Below are positions 47,556 through 55,877 of a DNA stretch of 64,000 bases, one piece after another. The notes beneath the pieces are model-generated. The model made no database searches. It saw only the letters and a list, made by a program, of their open reading frames with translations, and was not told the origin of the DNA. The first letter of the stretch is position 1, and every line of letters begins with the position of its first letter. The translations under genes were made by a program, and so were the position numbers. The stretch lies in sequence record OQ722176.1. One strand, 5' to 3'.

Positions 47556-47879
47556 ATGAAACTACCTAAATTCACAATGCCAAACTGGCTCGAAAACACT
47601 GTGATTCTTGCACAAGAAGCTAAGTCACACCCTAAAATCACTGCTGCTGTGCTTGTTGCAACTCTGATGCTTGGTTACACTGCATACACTCGCGTTCCTG
47701 CAATTGCATCGTGTACATGGACTGCGGTAGTTGACCAATCGGTTCCATGGGACTTGTGGCGTCATAACATGTGGAACAACAACTGTCAGTATTACAATGG
47801 CACACGTTGGATCGACTTGAAGAAAGTTATGGACGTTGGTGCGGGCGGCTCGAATGAGCTAGAAGAAATCGTACAATGA
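47556..47879 (+). CDS. Membrane-anchored protein
   Basis: Single TM. Confidence 0.6.
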   Translation: MKLPKFTMPNWLENTVILAQEAKSHPKITAAVLVATLMLGYTAYTRVPAIASCTWTAVVDQSVPWDLWRHNMWNNNCQYYNGTRWIDLKKVMDVGAGGSNELEEIVQ

Positions 47880-48058
47880 TCTTAGCAACTGCTGAAGAAG
47901 TACAACAATATCTAGACAAAGCGCGTGCATGGTTATGCACGCCGTCTGGTCGCATGTTCAACGATTGTAAATCAGTTGCACGCTGTGCATATGCTGAAGC
48001 ACTTGCTAATATAGACGGCAAGACTATCTACGATTTGAGACATGACAAAAATTCATAA
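47876..48058 (+). CDS. Hypothetical protein
   Basis: ATGA coupling. Confidence 0.55.
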   Translation: MILATAEEVQQYLDKARAWLCTPSGRMFNDCKSVARCAYAEALANIDGKTIYDLRHDKNS

Positions 48059-48124
48059 CAAATTCATATGAATATATGTGAACAATCTGTGAACAACTAA
48101 TAAATACAAGTGAGAGAATATATT

Positions 48125-48886
48125 ATGAGTATTGTAACTACATCTGGTCACCGCTTTGGTATGCTCGTAGAATCAATTGCATCGGGCTTACGTGGTACTG
48201 TAATCGGTATCACACATTGCATTGCAGGGTGCGAACTGCTGGAAGTTCAGTCAAAAGACAACAAAGGCATCGCTCGAACACATGTTTTTAGCTCAAAACT
48301 GGTGGAGATTATCAACTCTGACCGCGTAGAAGAGTACGAAGCTATTTTCGCTGAAACGAATACGACTATGCCGATTCGTCTAGGCGATGAAGTAGAAGAT
48401 ACAGTTTCAGAAGCGAAAGGCATCGTAACTGAAATTCAATACTCAGTAAATGCAGCACCGAATGTGCTAATGATTAAGCCTTACTCAGAGCATGAAACGA
48501 ATATTTATGCATCTGCTCGTGTCATTAGCTGTAAGAAAACGGGTCACTCAATTCACGATAAGATCATCAACAATCGCTTGAAACGTGAGCGTGATGAACT
48601 TAAAGTTGAACTGCTGCAAAAAGCTCGATGCATGGCAACTGGCTGTACAGGCTTAGTCACTGCTATTTTCAATCAAGCAAGCGGAACAATCTCGGTTGGC
48701 ATTCAGCCCGTGAGCAAAGAGGGTAGACTACTCGACACTCATTACACCGACATTGAATTAGTCGAAATCATCACTGAAGAAGCAAAGAAGATCGTTCAGC
48801 CTAAAGAAGCTCCAATGAAGAAATCAGGTTGTATGCGTTCGCATGAACTTTCTTCAATGCAACGACGTGGTATGCATACAGTGTAA
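48125..48886 (+). CDS. Protein with three internal SH3-like repeats
   Basis: Three G..V....S/T...G.V units; TAAATA at 48101. Confidence 0.6.
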   Translation: MSIVTTSGHRFGMLVESIASGLRGTVIGITHCIAGCELLEVQSKDNKGIARTHVFSSKLVEIINSDRVEEYEAIFAETNTTMPIRLGDEVEDTVSEAKGIVTEIQYSVNAAPNVLMIKPYSEHETNIYASARVISCKKTGHSIHDKIINNRLKRERDELKVELLQKARCMATGCTGLVTAIFNQASGTISVGIQPVSKEGRLLDTHYTDIELVEIITEEAKKIVQPKEAPMKKSGCMRSHELSSMQRRGMHTV

Positions 48887-48942
48887 AATAAAATAGCGTC
48901 ATATGTTGCACGTGTGCAGTTACAAGCACAAGGAAACGCACT

Positions 48943-49410
48943 ATGAAGATCGCATTGTTATTAACTACTGTGGCACTGATGCCACTATTTGCGAACGCTC
49001 ATATACATGATGACTGGGTGACAGTTCATCGTGTTGACGTTCGCACACACGAGCTAATACACACAGCAAGTACATCATCAACCAATCACCTTGCAGTTCT
49101 TACGATTGATTGTAATAAGAGTGTCACGTTGTATGAAACGAGAGATTATTTGACCGCAGCATCACCGGATGACGTTTGGTATTCTATCGACGGCAAACCG
49201 TATACGCGAATCAGTAATGAACAGCTTCAACATCAAGCATCTGTCACTACCTTTGTTGGTAATGTCAAAGCAATTGACACTCTTAAATCAGGCAACAAAC
49301 TTGAATATGTTGTTGAGAATCGAGTACAGGGAGTGAAGTATTCATATCATTTCAGTTTGAAAGGCATGAGTCAAGCGTACGAAGCACTTGGTGAACTATG
49401 TAAGTGGTAA
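48943..49410 (+). CDS. Secreted/periplasmic protein
   Basis: Signal peptide ending ANA. Confidence 0.6.
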   Translation: MKIALLLTTVALMPLFANAHIHDDWVTVHRVDVRTHELIHTASTSSTNHLAVLTIDCNKSVTLYETRDYLTAASPDDVWYSIDGKPYTRISNEQLQHQASVTTFVGNVKAIDTLKSGNKLEYVVENRVQGVKYSYHFSLKGMSQAYEALGELCKW

Positions 49411-49412
49411 CC

Positions 49413-49934
49413 ATGAAGATTATATTCTTGGATATTGACGGCGTTCTTAACAATTCGTTAGAAGTCGATGAACACAAGGACGTGTTACTTAAAGGTGAGT
49501 ATCAAGGCATTTACTCACCGCGTTGTGTAGAAAGACTTAATGCACTCATAGAAAAGACTAACGCCAGCATTGTACTGACAAGCGTATGGCGTAATGGTCT
49601 TGACCTTGATGAGATTAATCTCTTACTCGACACAATGGGAATCAATGCGAAGTGCATTGGTAAAACTGATAATCTAGATCACAAATACTCATGGGCGTTT
49701 CGTGGCAATGAGATTCTTAAATGGCTCAAAGACAACGAAACACTGCTTGGTATGCATCATTATGATTATCGCAGCTATGTTATCTTAGACGATGACACTG
49801 ATATGCTTTTGTGGCAACGACATAACTATGTCAATTGCGACCATGAGATTGGTATGACTGATCGAACTGTAGCAAGAGCAGCATCAATCTTGAATCACGC
49901 ACCTTGCGTTGATACAGGACAAGAATTTTGTTGA
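49413..49934 (+). CDS. HAD phosphatase (RNA-repair-associated HAD_SAK type)
   Basis: IFLDIDGVLN, LTSVWR, VILDDD. Confidence 0.8.
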   Translation: MKIIFLDIDGVLNNSLEVDEHKDVLLKGEYQGIYSPRCVERLNALIEKTNASIVLTSVWRNGLDLDEINLLLDTMGINAKCIGKTDNLDHKYSWAFRGNEILKWLKDNETLLGMHHYDYRSYVILDDDTDMLLWQRHNYVNCDHEIGMTDRTVARAASILNHAPCVDTGQEFC

Positions 49935-49996
49935 CATGACAACTTAAACATGTAATAATCAAATCTCAAACAACAATGACAAATAGGGAGCCTATA

Positions 49997-51022
49997 ATGT
50001 CACATGCAATCTACATCGGACGTTTCCGTCCATTCCACGTTGGTCATCTATCGACTATCACTCAAGCGTTCAATGATCTTAACTTAGATCAAATGACTGT
50101 ACTCGTTGGTTCTTGTAATCGACATCGTTCAGTGAAGAATCCATTCACGTTCGACGAAGTTCGCTACATGATTAAATGCAACTTGCCACGAGAACTACGA
50201 GAGAAAGTTCACATCAAGTCACTGTATGATCACTCAAACGATAACGTTTGGGCAACTGAAGTTCGTACAAAAGCTAAGGGCGTAACGCACATCGTTGGCT
50301 ATGACAAAGATGAAAGCAGCTACTATCTAAAGCTTTTCCCTGAGTTGAAGCACTATCAACCAAAGCCAATTGACTTAGCAGGCAAAGTCGTATCAGCAAC
50401 TGATATTCGAGCGTGTTACTTCAGTGAAGTGCTAATGAATAGCCCATTGAGCGTTGTTCTACCACAAGGCACGAAAGAGTTTCTTGCTGAATGGTCACAA
50501 ACTGAGACGTTCACTGATATGAAAGCTGAATATGATAGCTCAGTGCGTGAGATCAATAAGTTCTTAGACTATCCATATGCTGGTCACTTGAATATCGCGT
50601 GCGCTGATAACGTTGTGACATGTGCAGGTCACGTATTGCTTGGTACTCGTAAGAACAACCCGGGCAAGAACTGTCTAGCATTACCTGGCGGTCATAAAGC
50701 AGACAACGAAACGTTCTTGACTGCTGCATTGCGTGAGCTTAAAGAAGAAACATGCTTGAAAGTACCAGAGAAAGTACTGCGTGGCTCTATCAAAGCTGAA
50801 AAGATGTTCGACGATCCGAAACGCTCTTACCCTCACACTCGTATCACTATGGCATATCATATTGACATCGAGCCTGATAACGATGGTAAGTTCCCTCGCA
50901 TCAAACCTGCTGATGACTTAATCAAAGTCGAGTGGGTACCACTGAGCGAAGTTCGTGAGCTACAACATCTGATGTATGATGATCACTATCAGATCATTCA
51001 GCACTTCACTGGCATCTACTAA
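49997..51022 (+). CDS. natV: Bifunctional NMN adenylyltransferase/Nudix ADP-ribose pyrophosphatase
   Basis: GRFRPFHVGH, SATDIR, ALPGG..AALRELKEET. Confidence 0.9.
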   Translation: MSHAIYIGRFRPFHVGHLSTITQAFNDLNLDQMTVLVGSCNRHRSVKNPFTFDEVRYMIKCNLPRELREKVHIKSLYDHSNDNVWATEVRTKAKGVTHIVGYDKDESSYYLKLFPELKHYQPKPIDLAGKVVSATDIRACYFSEVLMNSPLSVVLPQGTKEFLAEWSQTETFTDMKAEYDSSVREINKFLDYPYAGHLNIACADNVVTCAGHVLLGTRKNNPGKNCLALPGGHKADNETFLTAALRELKEETCLKVPEKVLRGSIKAEKMFDDPKRSYPHTRITMAYHIDIEPDNDGKFPRIKPADDLIKVEWVPLSEVRELQHLMYDDHYQIIQHFTGIY

Positions 51023-51058
51023 CAAATGGGGCAGCAATGCCCCTTGAGGAAAATAACT

Positions 51059-51334
51059 ATGAATATCAATCTGCTAATTCGCAATGAAGTAAAGAACAAC
51101 ACGAGTCGTTACGCTACTGTCTATGACATCATGGACGATATGCTTGCTAAGTTCCCTCAAGCGCGTGCCAGTGCATCAAGCAATGATGGTACAATGAAGA
51201 ACAGCACATTAAGACGTGAAATCTCACGTGCTCTTGATAGTTCTACTAACTGGAAAGCAATCGGCAAGACTGATTCAGGTCGTAAGCTGTATGAACGCTT
51301 ACCAAACGGCAATTCACTAGAGCAATTCGTATGA
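51059..51334 (+). CDS. Hypothetical protein
   Basis: SD GAGGA. Confidence 0.6.
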   Translation: MNINLLIRNEVKNNTSRYATVYDIMDDMLAKFPQARASASSNDGTMKNSTLRREISRALDSSTNWKAIGKTDSGRKLYERLPNGNSLEQFV

Positions 51335-51678
51335 AAGCATATCGCATTAAAAAAGCAATAGATGATCTTGGCATTGAACAATACGATCTGTTTGTGCAGA
51401 GTCCATTTCATAATGAAGACTTCTTTATGTCACGCAGACCAGAACGACCACCAATGTGTCATGCACTGATTCTTCAGTTCTTAGACTTGTACGATGAGCT
51501 AGACGTATCTAAAGATGAAATACCAGAACTCATGACGCACTGGCGCACTCAGGCAAACGAACGTGTAGATGACTTGAAGCTACACATCGACAATCTTCTT
51601 GTGAACAAACGTGCTATTGATATGCAAATTGACGAAGCATATCAAACCATAAACAACATTCGAGATAACATATTATGA
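51331..51678 (+). CDS. Hypothetical protein
   Basis: Coupled ORF. Confidence 0.6.
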   Translation: MKAYRIKKAIDDLGIEQYDLFVQSPFHNEDFFMSRRPERPPMCHALILQFLDLYDELDVSKDEIPELMTHWRTQANERVDDLKLHIDNLLVNKRAIDMQIDEAYQTINNIRDNIL

Positions 51679-52298
51679 CAGGCTACCCATTAGTACATAA
51701 AATGCAAGCAGTTGTACGCTCATGCCAAACCGTTGACCAACTGCTTAACGCAAGAAAGTATCTGTTACAGTGTGACAAATTCGCTGCAACTGCTGAAGAT
51801 GGTCGCGGTTGGTTAGTTGTGACTGAAGCAGTTGACGAACTCGATGCTATTATCACTGATAAACTATGTGAACTGAGTAACGTGCGTGGTATGCGTGCTG
51901 TTGACACTGCCGTTATCAAACTCGGCATTGATATTCATGGCGTAATAGACAAAGCACCAGAATTGTTCACGCTCATTAGTAAGCTACCAGTTGAAGTGCA
52001 TATCATCACTGGCATCAAAGAAGAACTTGACACTGACGTGCCTAGTGATTTAGAATACGACTACTGGTTCTCGATTCATGAGCAATGTGAAATAGATGGT
52101 GTTGAGATCACTTATGATGAACTTAATCGCCCTCACGTTGATCCAGACATCTGGGACAATATGAAAGCACGCTATTGCAAAGAGCAAGGCATTACTATGC
52201 TGATTGATGACTCACCGCATTACGCTAGTACTTTCGAAGGTCTTGATACATTGTATCTTCAACTAACTAACACTAAACGAAATGAGTGGCGCAAATGA
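51675..52298 (+). CDS. Protein with C-terminal HAD-like domain
   Basis: GIDIHGVID, ITG, LIDDS. Confidence 0.55.
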   Translation: MTGYPLVHKMQAVVRSCQTVDQLLNARKYLLQCDKFAATAEDGRGWLVVTEAVDELDAIITDKLCELSNVRGMRAVDTAVIKLGIDIHGVIDKAPELFTLISKLPVEVHIITGIKEELDTDVPSDLEYDYWFSIHEQCEIDGVEITYDELNRPHVDPDIWDNMKARYCKEQGITMLIDDSPHYASTFEGLDTLYLQLTNTKRNEWRK

Positions 52299-52504
52299 AC
52301 GTAGCAAATGTAATGAAAGAACACGCAGCTATCCAAAACGCATTGATTGATTATCTCGATGCTGAATTCGACGGCGAAGGTCATATCGAATATGCAGAGT
52401 ACTTCGAACAAGACGAAGCATGGGACGTGACATACTACGATGGTGAGTTCACGAATGAACTAACTGTAACAGCAACTGCACTTGAGCAATGGATGAACAA
52501 ATGA
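52295..52504 (+). CDS. Small acidic protein, paralog 1
   Basis: M..H..I.NA pattern. Confidence 0.6.
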   Translation: MNVANVMKEHAAIQNALIDYLDAEFDGEGHIEYAEYFEQDEAWDVTYYDGEFTNELTVTATALEQWMNK

Positions 52505-52707
52505 TTGAAAGCACAATGGCTAATCATGAGCTAATCATGAACGCAATTGAGAAGTTCTTGTGCTTGAACTCTGTCCAATACACTGATGTCATTCAATATG
52601 ATAAAGACAATCTCGGCTTCGATGTCGCGATTGTCGAAGAATCCGAGAATGGCACTGAATACACAGACGTGTTCATCCATAACTATCAACTAGAAAAGTA
52701 CCTATGA
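52501..52707 (+). CDS. Small acidic protein, paralog 2
   Basis: M..H..I.NA..YDKD. Confidence 0.6.
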   Translation: MIESTMANHELIMNAIEKFLCLNSVQYTDVIQYDKDNLGFDVAIVEESENGTEYTDVFIHNYQLEKYL

Positions 52708-52955
52708 ATATTAACGATGTAATGCTTCACCACGAGAAGATTACTGACGCATTACATAGCGTTATTAAGCAAAGGACTGCTAATCGAATCGTGTCTATCA
52801 CATATGATAAAGATCGCTATCTGTTTAAGATTGTACTCAGTGCATCTAATAGCTTAGACGATAGCGCCTTTGAATGGAGTATGTGTGTAAGCAATGAAGC
52901 GATAGAAAACCAAATCTATGCGGAGACATTCACATGCAATTACCAGAATACTTGA
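52704..52955 (+). CDS. Small protein, paralog 3
   Basis: M..H..I.DA..YDKD. Confidence 0.6.
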   Translation: MNINDVMLHHEKITDALHSVIKQRTANRIVSITYDKDRYLFKIVLSASNSLDDSAFEWSMCVSNEAIENQIYAETFTCNYQNT

Positions 52956-53107
52956 GCCACATTACTGTAAAAGAAAACGTAATCACTATCGACTCAGCAC
53001 GAGATAAAGTTCTCGTTGTTGACTATCTCACTAATGCAAAAGCTAAGTTCCATATTGTCCAAAAGACAGTTAGCCGTTGCGAAATCCATGTTAAACGTCT
53101 AGGGTAA
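52952..53107 (+). CDS. Small hypothetical protein (51 aa)
   Basis: Manually read TTG-start ORF filling the gap. Confidence 0.4.
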   Translation: MSHITVKENVITIDSARDKVLVVDYLTNAKAKFHIVQKTVSRCEIHVKRLG

Positions 53108-53111
53108 TACA

Positions 53112-53474
53112 ATGAAAGAGCTATTCAACAATCTGTACGATGCACAAACTGAAATCTCAAATCAATTCGGCGAGTGCCATATCTCTAGCCCAATCTACTT
53201 CGAAGAAGATGGTGAGTTCTGTCTGTACAATGACTATCTCGATGTAGCTACAATCAAACCAGAATTCATCGAAGGTCAAACAGATTTCTTAGATAACTTC
53301 CAATTCGTTATCGAACTGATTGATCCATTCGATAATGAATACACATATCGTATGAATAGCTGTACAGTAACAGTATCAAACGACTTAAAGTACTTGCTAA
53401 TCGCTGGCAAAGAATCAAATGATTTCGATGAATCATACGTCGTCCCTCTAGCAAACCTGAGAGCAAAACAATGA
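53112..53474 (+). CDS. Hypothetical acidic protein
   Basis: ORF. Confidence 0.6.
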   Translation: MKELFNNLYDAQTEISNQFGECHISSPIYFEEDGEFCLYNDYLDVATIKPEFIEGQTDFLDNFQFVIELIDPFDNEYTYRMNSCTVTVSNDLKYLLIAGKESNDFDESYVVPLANLRAKQ

Positions 53475-54001
53475 CAGAACCAACACTGACTGACTGGAAC
53501 GAGCTTAAAGACCAAAGCTTAGTGTATCGTATCAATAACGAAATACTACACCCACTCGGCTATGCTGCTGTACTCAATACCGAAACAGGCACAAGTGATC
53601 GCGTACTAATTGCTAATGACGTGTTCGAATTCGCACCAGAAGCTCACAACAAACATAAAAACAATGTCACCATGACTGGCTTACTCGCGACTCATAAAGT
53701 AGTAGAACAACAAATCGCTAGTAAGTTCGGACTGCAAGACATATGGCATAATCTAGTAGACTGTACCGATAAAGTGTTCGTCGCTGATAACTCAGATCTA
53801 GAAAAAGCATATGAGTTCCAATACGCAGATACAGAAAACGAAATCACTGAAGGCGATTGCTATGCAATAGAAGTATACGGCACATCGGTATGGATATCTG
53901 ATGACGAACAGTTCTTACTAACTGCTTGTAACGACGGCTGTGGCAATAGAGATATGTATCTCTTCGCGCTAAAGAATCTATCTAATGTAGAAATGTATTA
54001 G
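53471..54001 (+). CDS. Hypothetical two-part protein
   Basis: ATGA coupling. Confidence 0.6.
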   Translation: MTEPTLTDWNELKDQSLVYRINNEILHPLGYAAVLNTETGTSDRVLIANDVFEFAPEAHNKHKNNVTMTGLLATHKVVEQQIASKFGLQDIWHNLVDCTDKVFVADNSDLEKAYEFQYADTENEITEGDCYAIEVYGTSVWISDDEQFLLTACNDGCGNRDMYLFALKNLSNVEMY

Positions 54002-54012
54002 AAACTTAAAGA

Positions 54013-54048
54013 AAAGGGTTGACAGTAGTCAGCCCTTTCGCGTATCAT
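54013..54048 (+). promoter_or_regulatory. Terminator-promoter fusion cassette
   Basis: AAAGGGTTGAC-AGTA-GTCAGCCCTTT; TTGACA-18-TATCAT. Confidence 0.8.
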
Positions 54049-54078
54049 ACACATATCAAATCAAGAAAGGAAAACATT

Positions 54079-54252
54079 ATGATTGGTCTATCTATTATAA
54101 TACTCGTGTTCGTCGTGATTCTAGCGTTTGACTCAGTTGAAAGCCTAATGAGCAACGAACACCGCATTGGCATGTGTATCTTCCTTGTAGTGTGCGCTGT
54201 CGTTAACGTAGCTAACATGTTTGTTATGCACAAATACGGAGTAATGCTATGA
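54079..54252 (+). CDS. Small two-TM protein
   Basis: SD AAGGA. Confidence 0.6.
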   Translation: MIGLSIIILVFVVILAFDSVESLMSNEHRIGMCIFLVVCAVVNVANMFVMHKYGVML

Positions 54253-54413
54253 GCTTAACAATACTTCTACTCATACTCGTATGCTGTGTAGTACTAACAG
54301 CTATCTGTTTGTTCAGCTTCATCAACAAACCTGGATTTGTTAAACTAATACTCACTGCTGTACTCGGCTTTATCTCATATGTGCTACTACACATCACGGC
54401 TGGTGCATTATGA
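54249..54413 (+). CDS. Small two-TM protein (54 aa)
   Basis: Manually read; ATGA coupling on both sides. Confidence 0.55.
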   Translation: MSLTILLLILVCCVVLTAICLFSFINKPGFVKLILTAVLGFISYVLLHITAGAL

Positions 54414-54592
54414 GCGTGCTATTAATGTTCTTAATCGTTATCGCATGTGCCAGTGTCGTAGTAGCTCTATTCTGTTTTATCATATGCCTATTCGATGATA
54501 ACGAATCAGACAAAGACTCAGACAAAGACAGTAGCTCATTCGCTACTAGAGAATCAATGAACACGTGTATTCGTGTAATGCAATCAATGTGA
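54410..54592 (+). CDS. Small one-TM protein
   Basis: Coupled ORF. Confidence 0.55.
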   Translation: MSVLLMFLIVIACASVVVALFCFIICLFDDNESDKDSDKDSSSFATRESMNTCIRVMQSM

Positions 54593-54599
54593 GAATACT

Positions 54600-54811
54600 A
54601 TGAAACAAACAATCCGTGCTATCTGTATCGACAATCAATCTCATCGTATAGACTTGCCTCAACCACCTAGCGGCTTGACAGAAGGCAAAGAGTACATTGT
54701 CCACATGTATAACGTAAACGAACATACAAACCACCTATGATTCGTATTACTAACGATGACAATCAACGCGCTAGTTACGTCGCTGTACGCTTTAATCTAA
54801 TCATTCAATAG
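54600..54811 (+). pseudogene. Small beta-barrel protein apparently split by a 1-nt deletion near 54728
   Basis: AICIDN..LTEGKEY stops at 54740; MIRITNDD..YVAVRF continues in -1 frame. Confidence 0.4.
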
Positions 54812-54820
54812 GAAATCATT

Positions 54821-55360
54821 ATGAAATTAGTTACTACTACTCGTACAAAACACTATGTCAAGAACTTCGACTACATTCGTATGACAAACGGCGAGAAATG
54901 CCGCATCGGTCATGTCGTACGTACGTTCAGCCCTAAAACAAAAGAACCTATGTTTATCATAGAAGACCAATATTCAGGTCACACAACTCAAATCAAAAAC
55001 ACTATGTGGAACTATGCTATTAGCTTAAATGATGAATGGCATAAAGTACATTTCCATTGGCACGACCGTGATGTGAATGATTCAAATGTCCTAGTATACT
55101 ACAAAACAAAAGAAACAGTAGATGAACTCAGTGTAGGAGATGTGCTTCGATTACGTACACGTCGATTCAAAGATAAAGAGTACCATTACAGTGATGAACT
55201 ATATGACGCGACAATCGTACTAATGAATCGCACTCAATTAGTCGTAAGCGTGTCAGGCAAGTTCGTGACGTTCGATACCACAAAATTCCAATATGATAGC
55301 TATACTGCGGATATAGACGGCAAATTTGTTTTCGATAGTGGCTGTTCACTGCGTGCGTAA
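54821..55360 (+). CDS. Hypothetical protein, paralog of 55877 gene
   Basis: ELSVGDV..DATIVL..QLVV. Confidence 0.65.
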   Translation: MKLVTTTRTKHYVKNFDYIRMTNGEKCRIGHVVRTFSPKTKEPMFIIEDQYSGHTTQIKNTMWNYAISLNDEWHKVHFHWHDRDVNDSNVLVYYKTKETVDELSVGDVLRLRTRRFKDKEYHYSDELYDATIVLMNRTQLVVSVSGKFVTFDTTKFQYDSYTADIDGKFVFDSGCSLRA

Positions 55361-55451
55361 AACCGCTTAGAATCGCGCTCAGAGCGTGTCAGAGCATGGT
55401 ACGTTATTGATTAAAACTGATATATCGCACCATGCCTCGTTTAAAAGCACA

Positions 55452-55559
55452 TGTGCATAAATCTGTGGATAAGATGTGTGTAAAACTGTGCATAAGTTAT
55501 TAAAATTGTGGATAAAATACAGATTTTCGTGTGGATAAGTCTGTGGATTACGTGGATAA
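55452..55559 (-). repeat. Array of 8 co-oriented DnaA boxes
   Basis: TGTGGATAA at 55464, 55507, 55530; TGTGCATAA at 55452, 55487; TGTGTAAAA at 55477; 1-mismatch boxes at 55542, 55551. Confidence 0.88.
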
Positions 55560-55730
55560 GTTTTTGGTGTCAAAAATCGGTGATGTCTCATCGGCTCCTG
55601 TGTAGTAAAATGCAGTTGCGGATGGTACTTGCCTCGTGAAAATCTAATCCGCTTCGCATCTTTCTGCTTGACATGCAATGCCATCCTGTGAGAGAATGAG
55701 AAGCCAACTGAACCACCTTGGGAGGGTGAT

Positions 55731-55877
55731 ATGATTACATTAGCGTTGTTCTATATGAGCCGCGACATGAGTTACAGTGAGCGACCAAGTGATTTATATC
55801 TTGGTACGTGTATTTTAGACTTAGCCATGATTATAGTGGCGTTCTGTGGTATGATGATGTTTACGGGAAATTGGTAA
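55731..55877 (+). CDS. Small membrane protein (48 aa)
   Basis: SD GGAGG; TAATG coupling to next gene. Confidence 0.55.
   Translation: MITLALFYMSRDMSYSERPSDLYLGTCILDLAMIIVAFCGMMMFTGNW

Noticed and set aside
55379-55684. 101-aa minus-strand ORF over the DnaA array
   Set aside because: Its YPQ/YPH/YPR repeats are just translations of TTATCCACA; no proper SD and it opposes local gene flow
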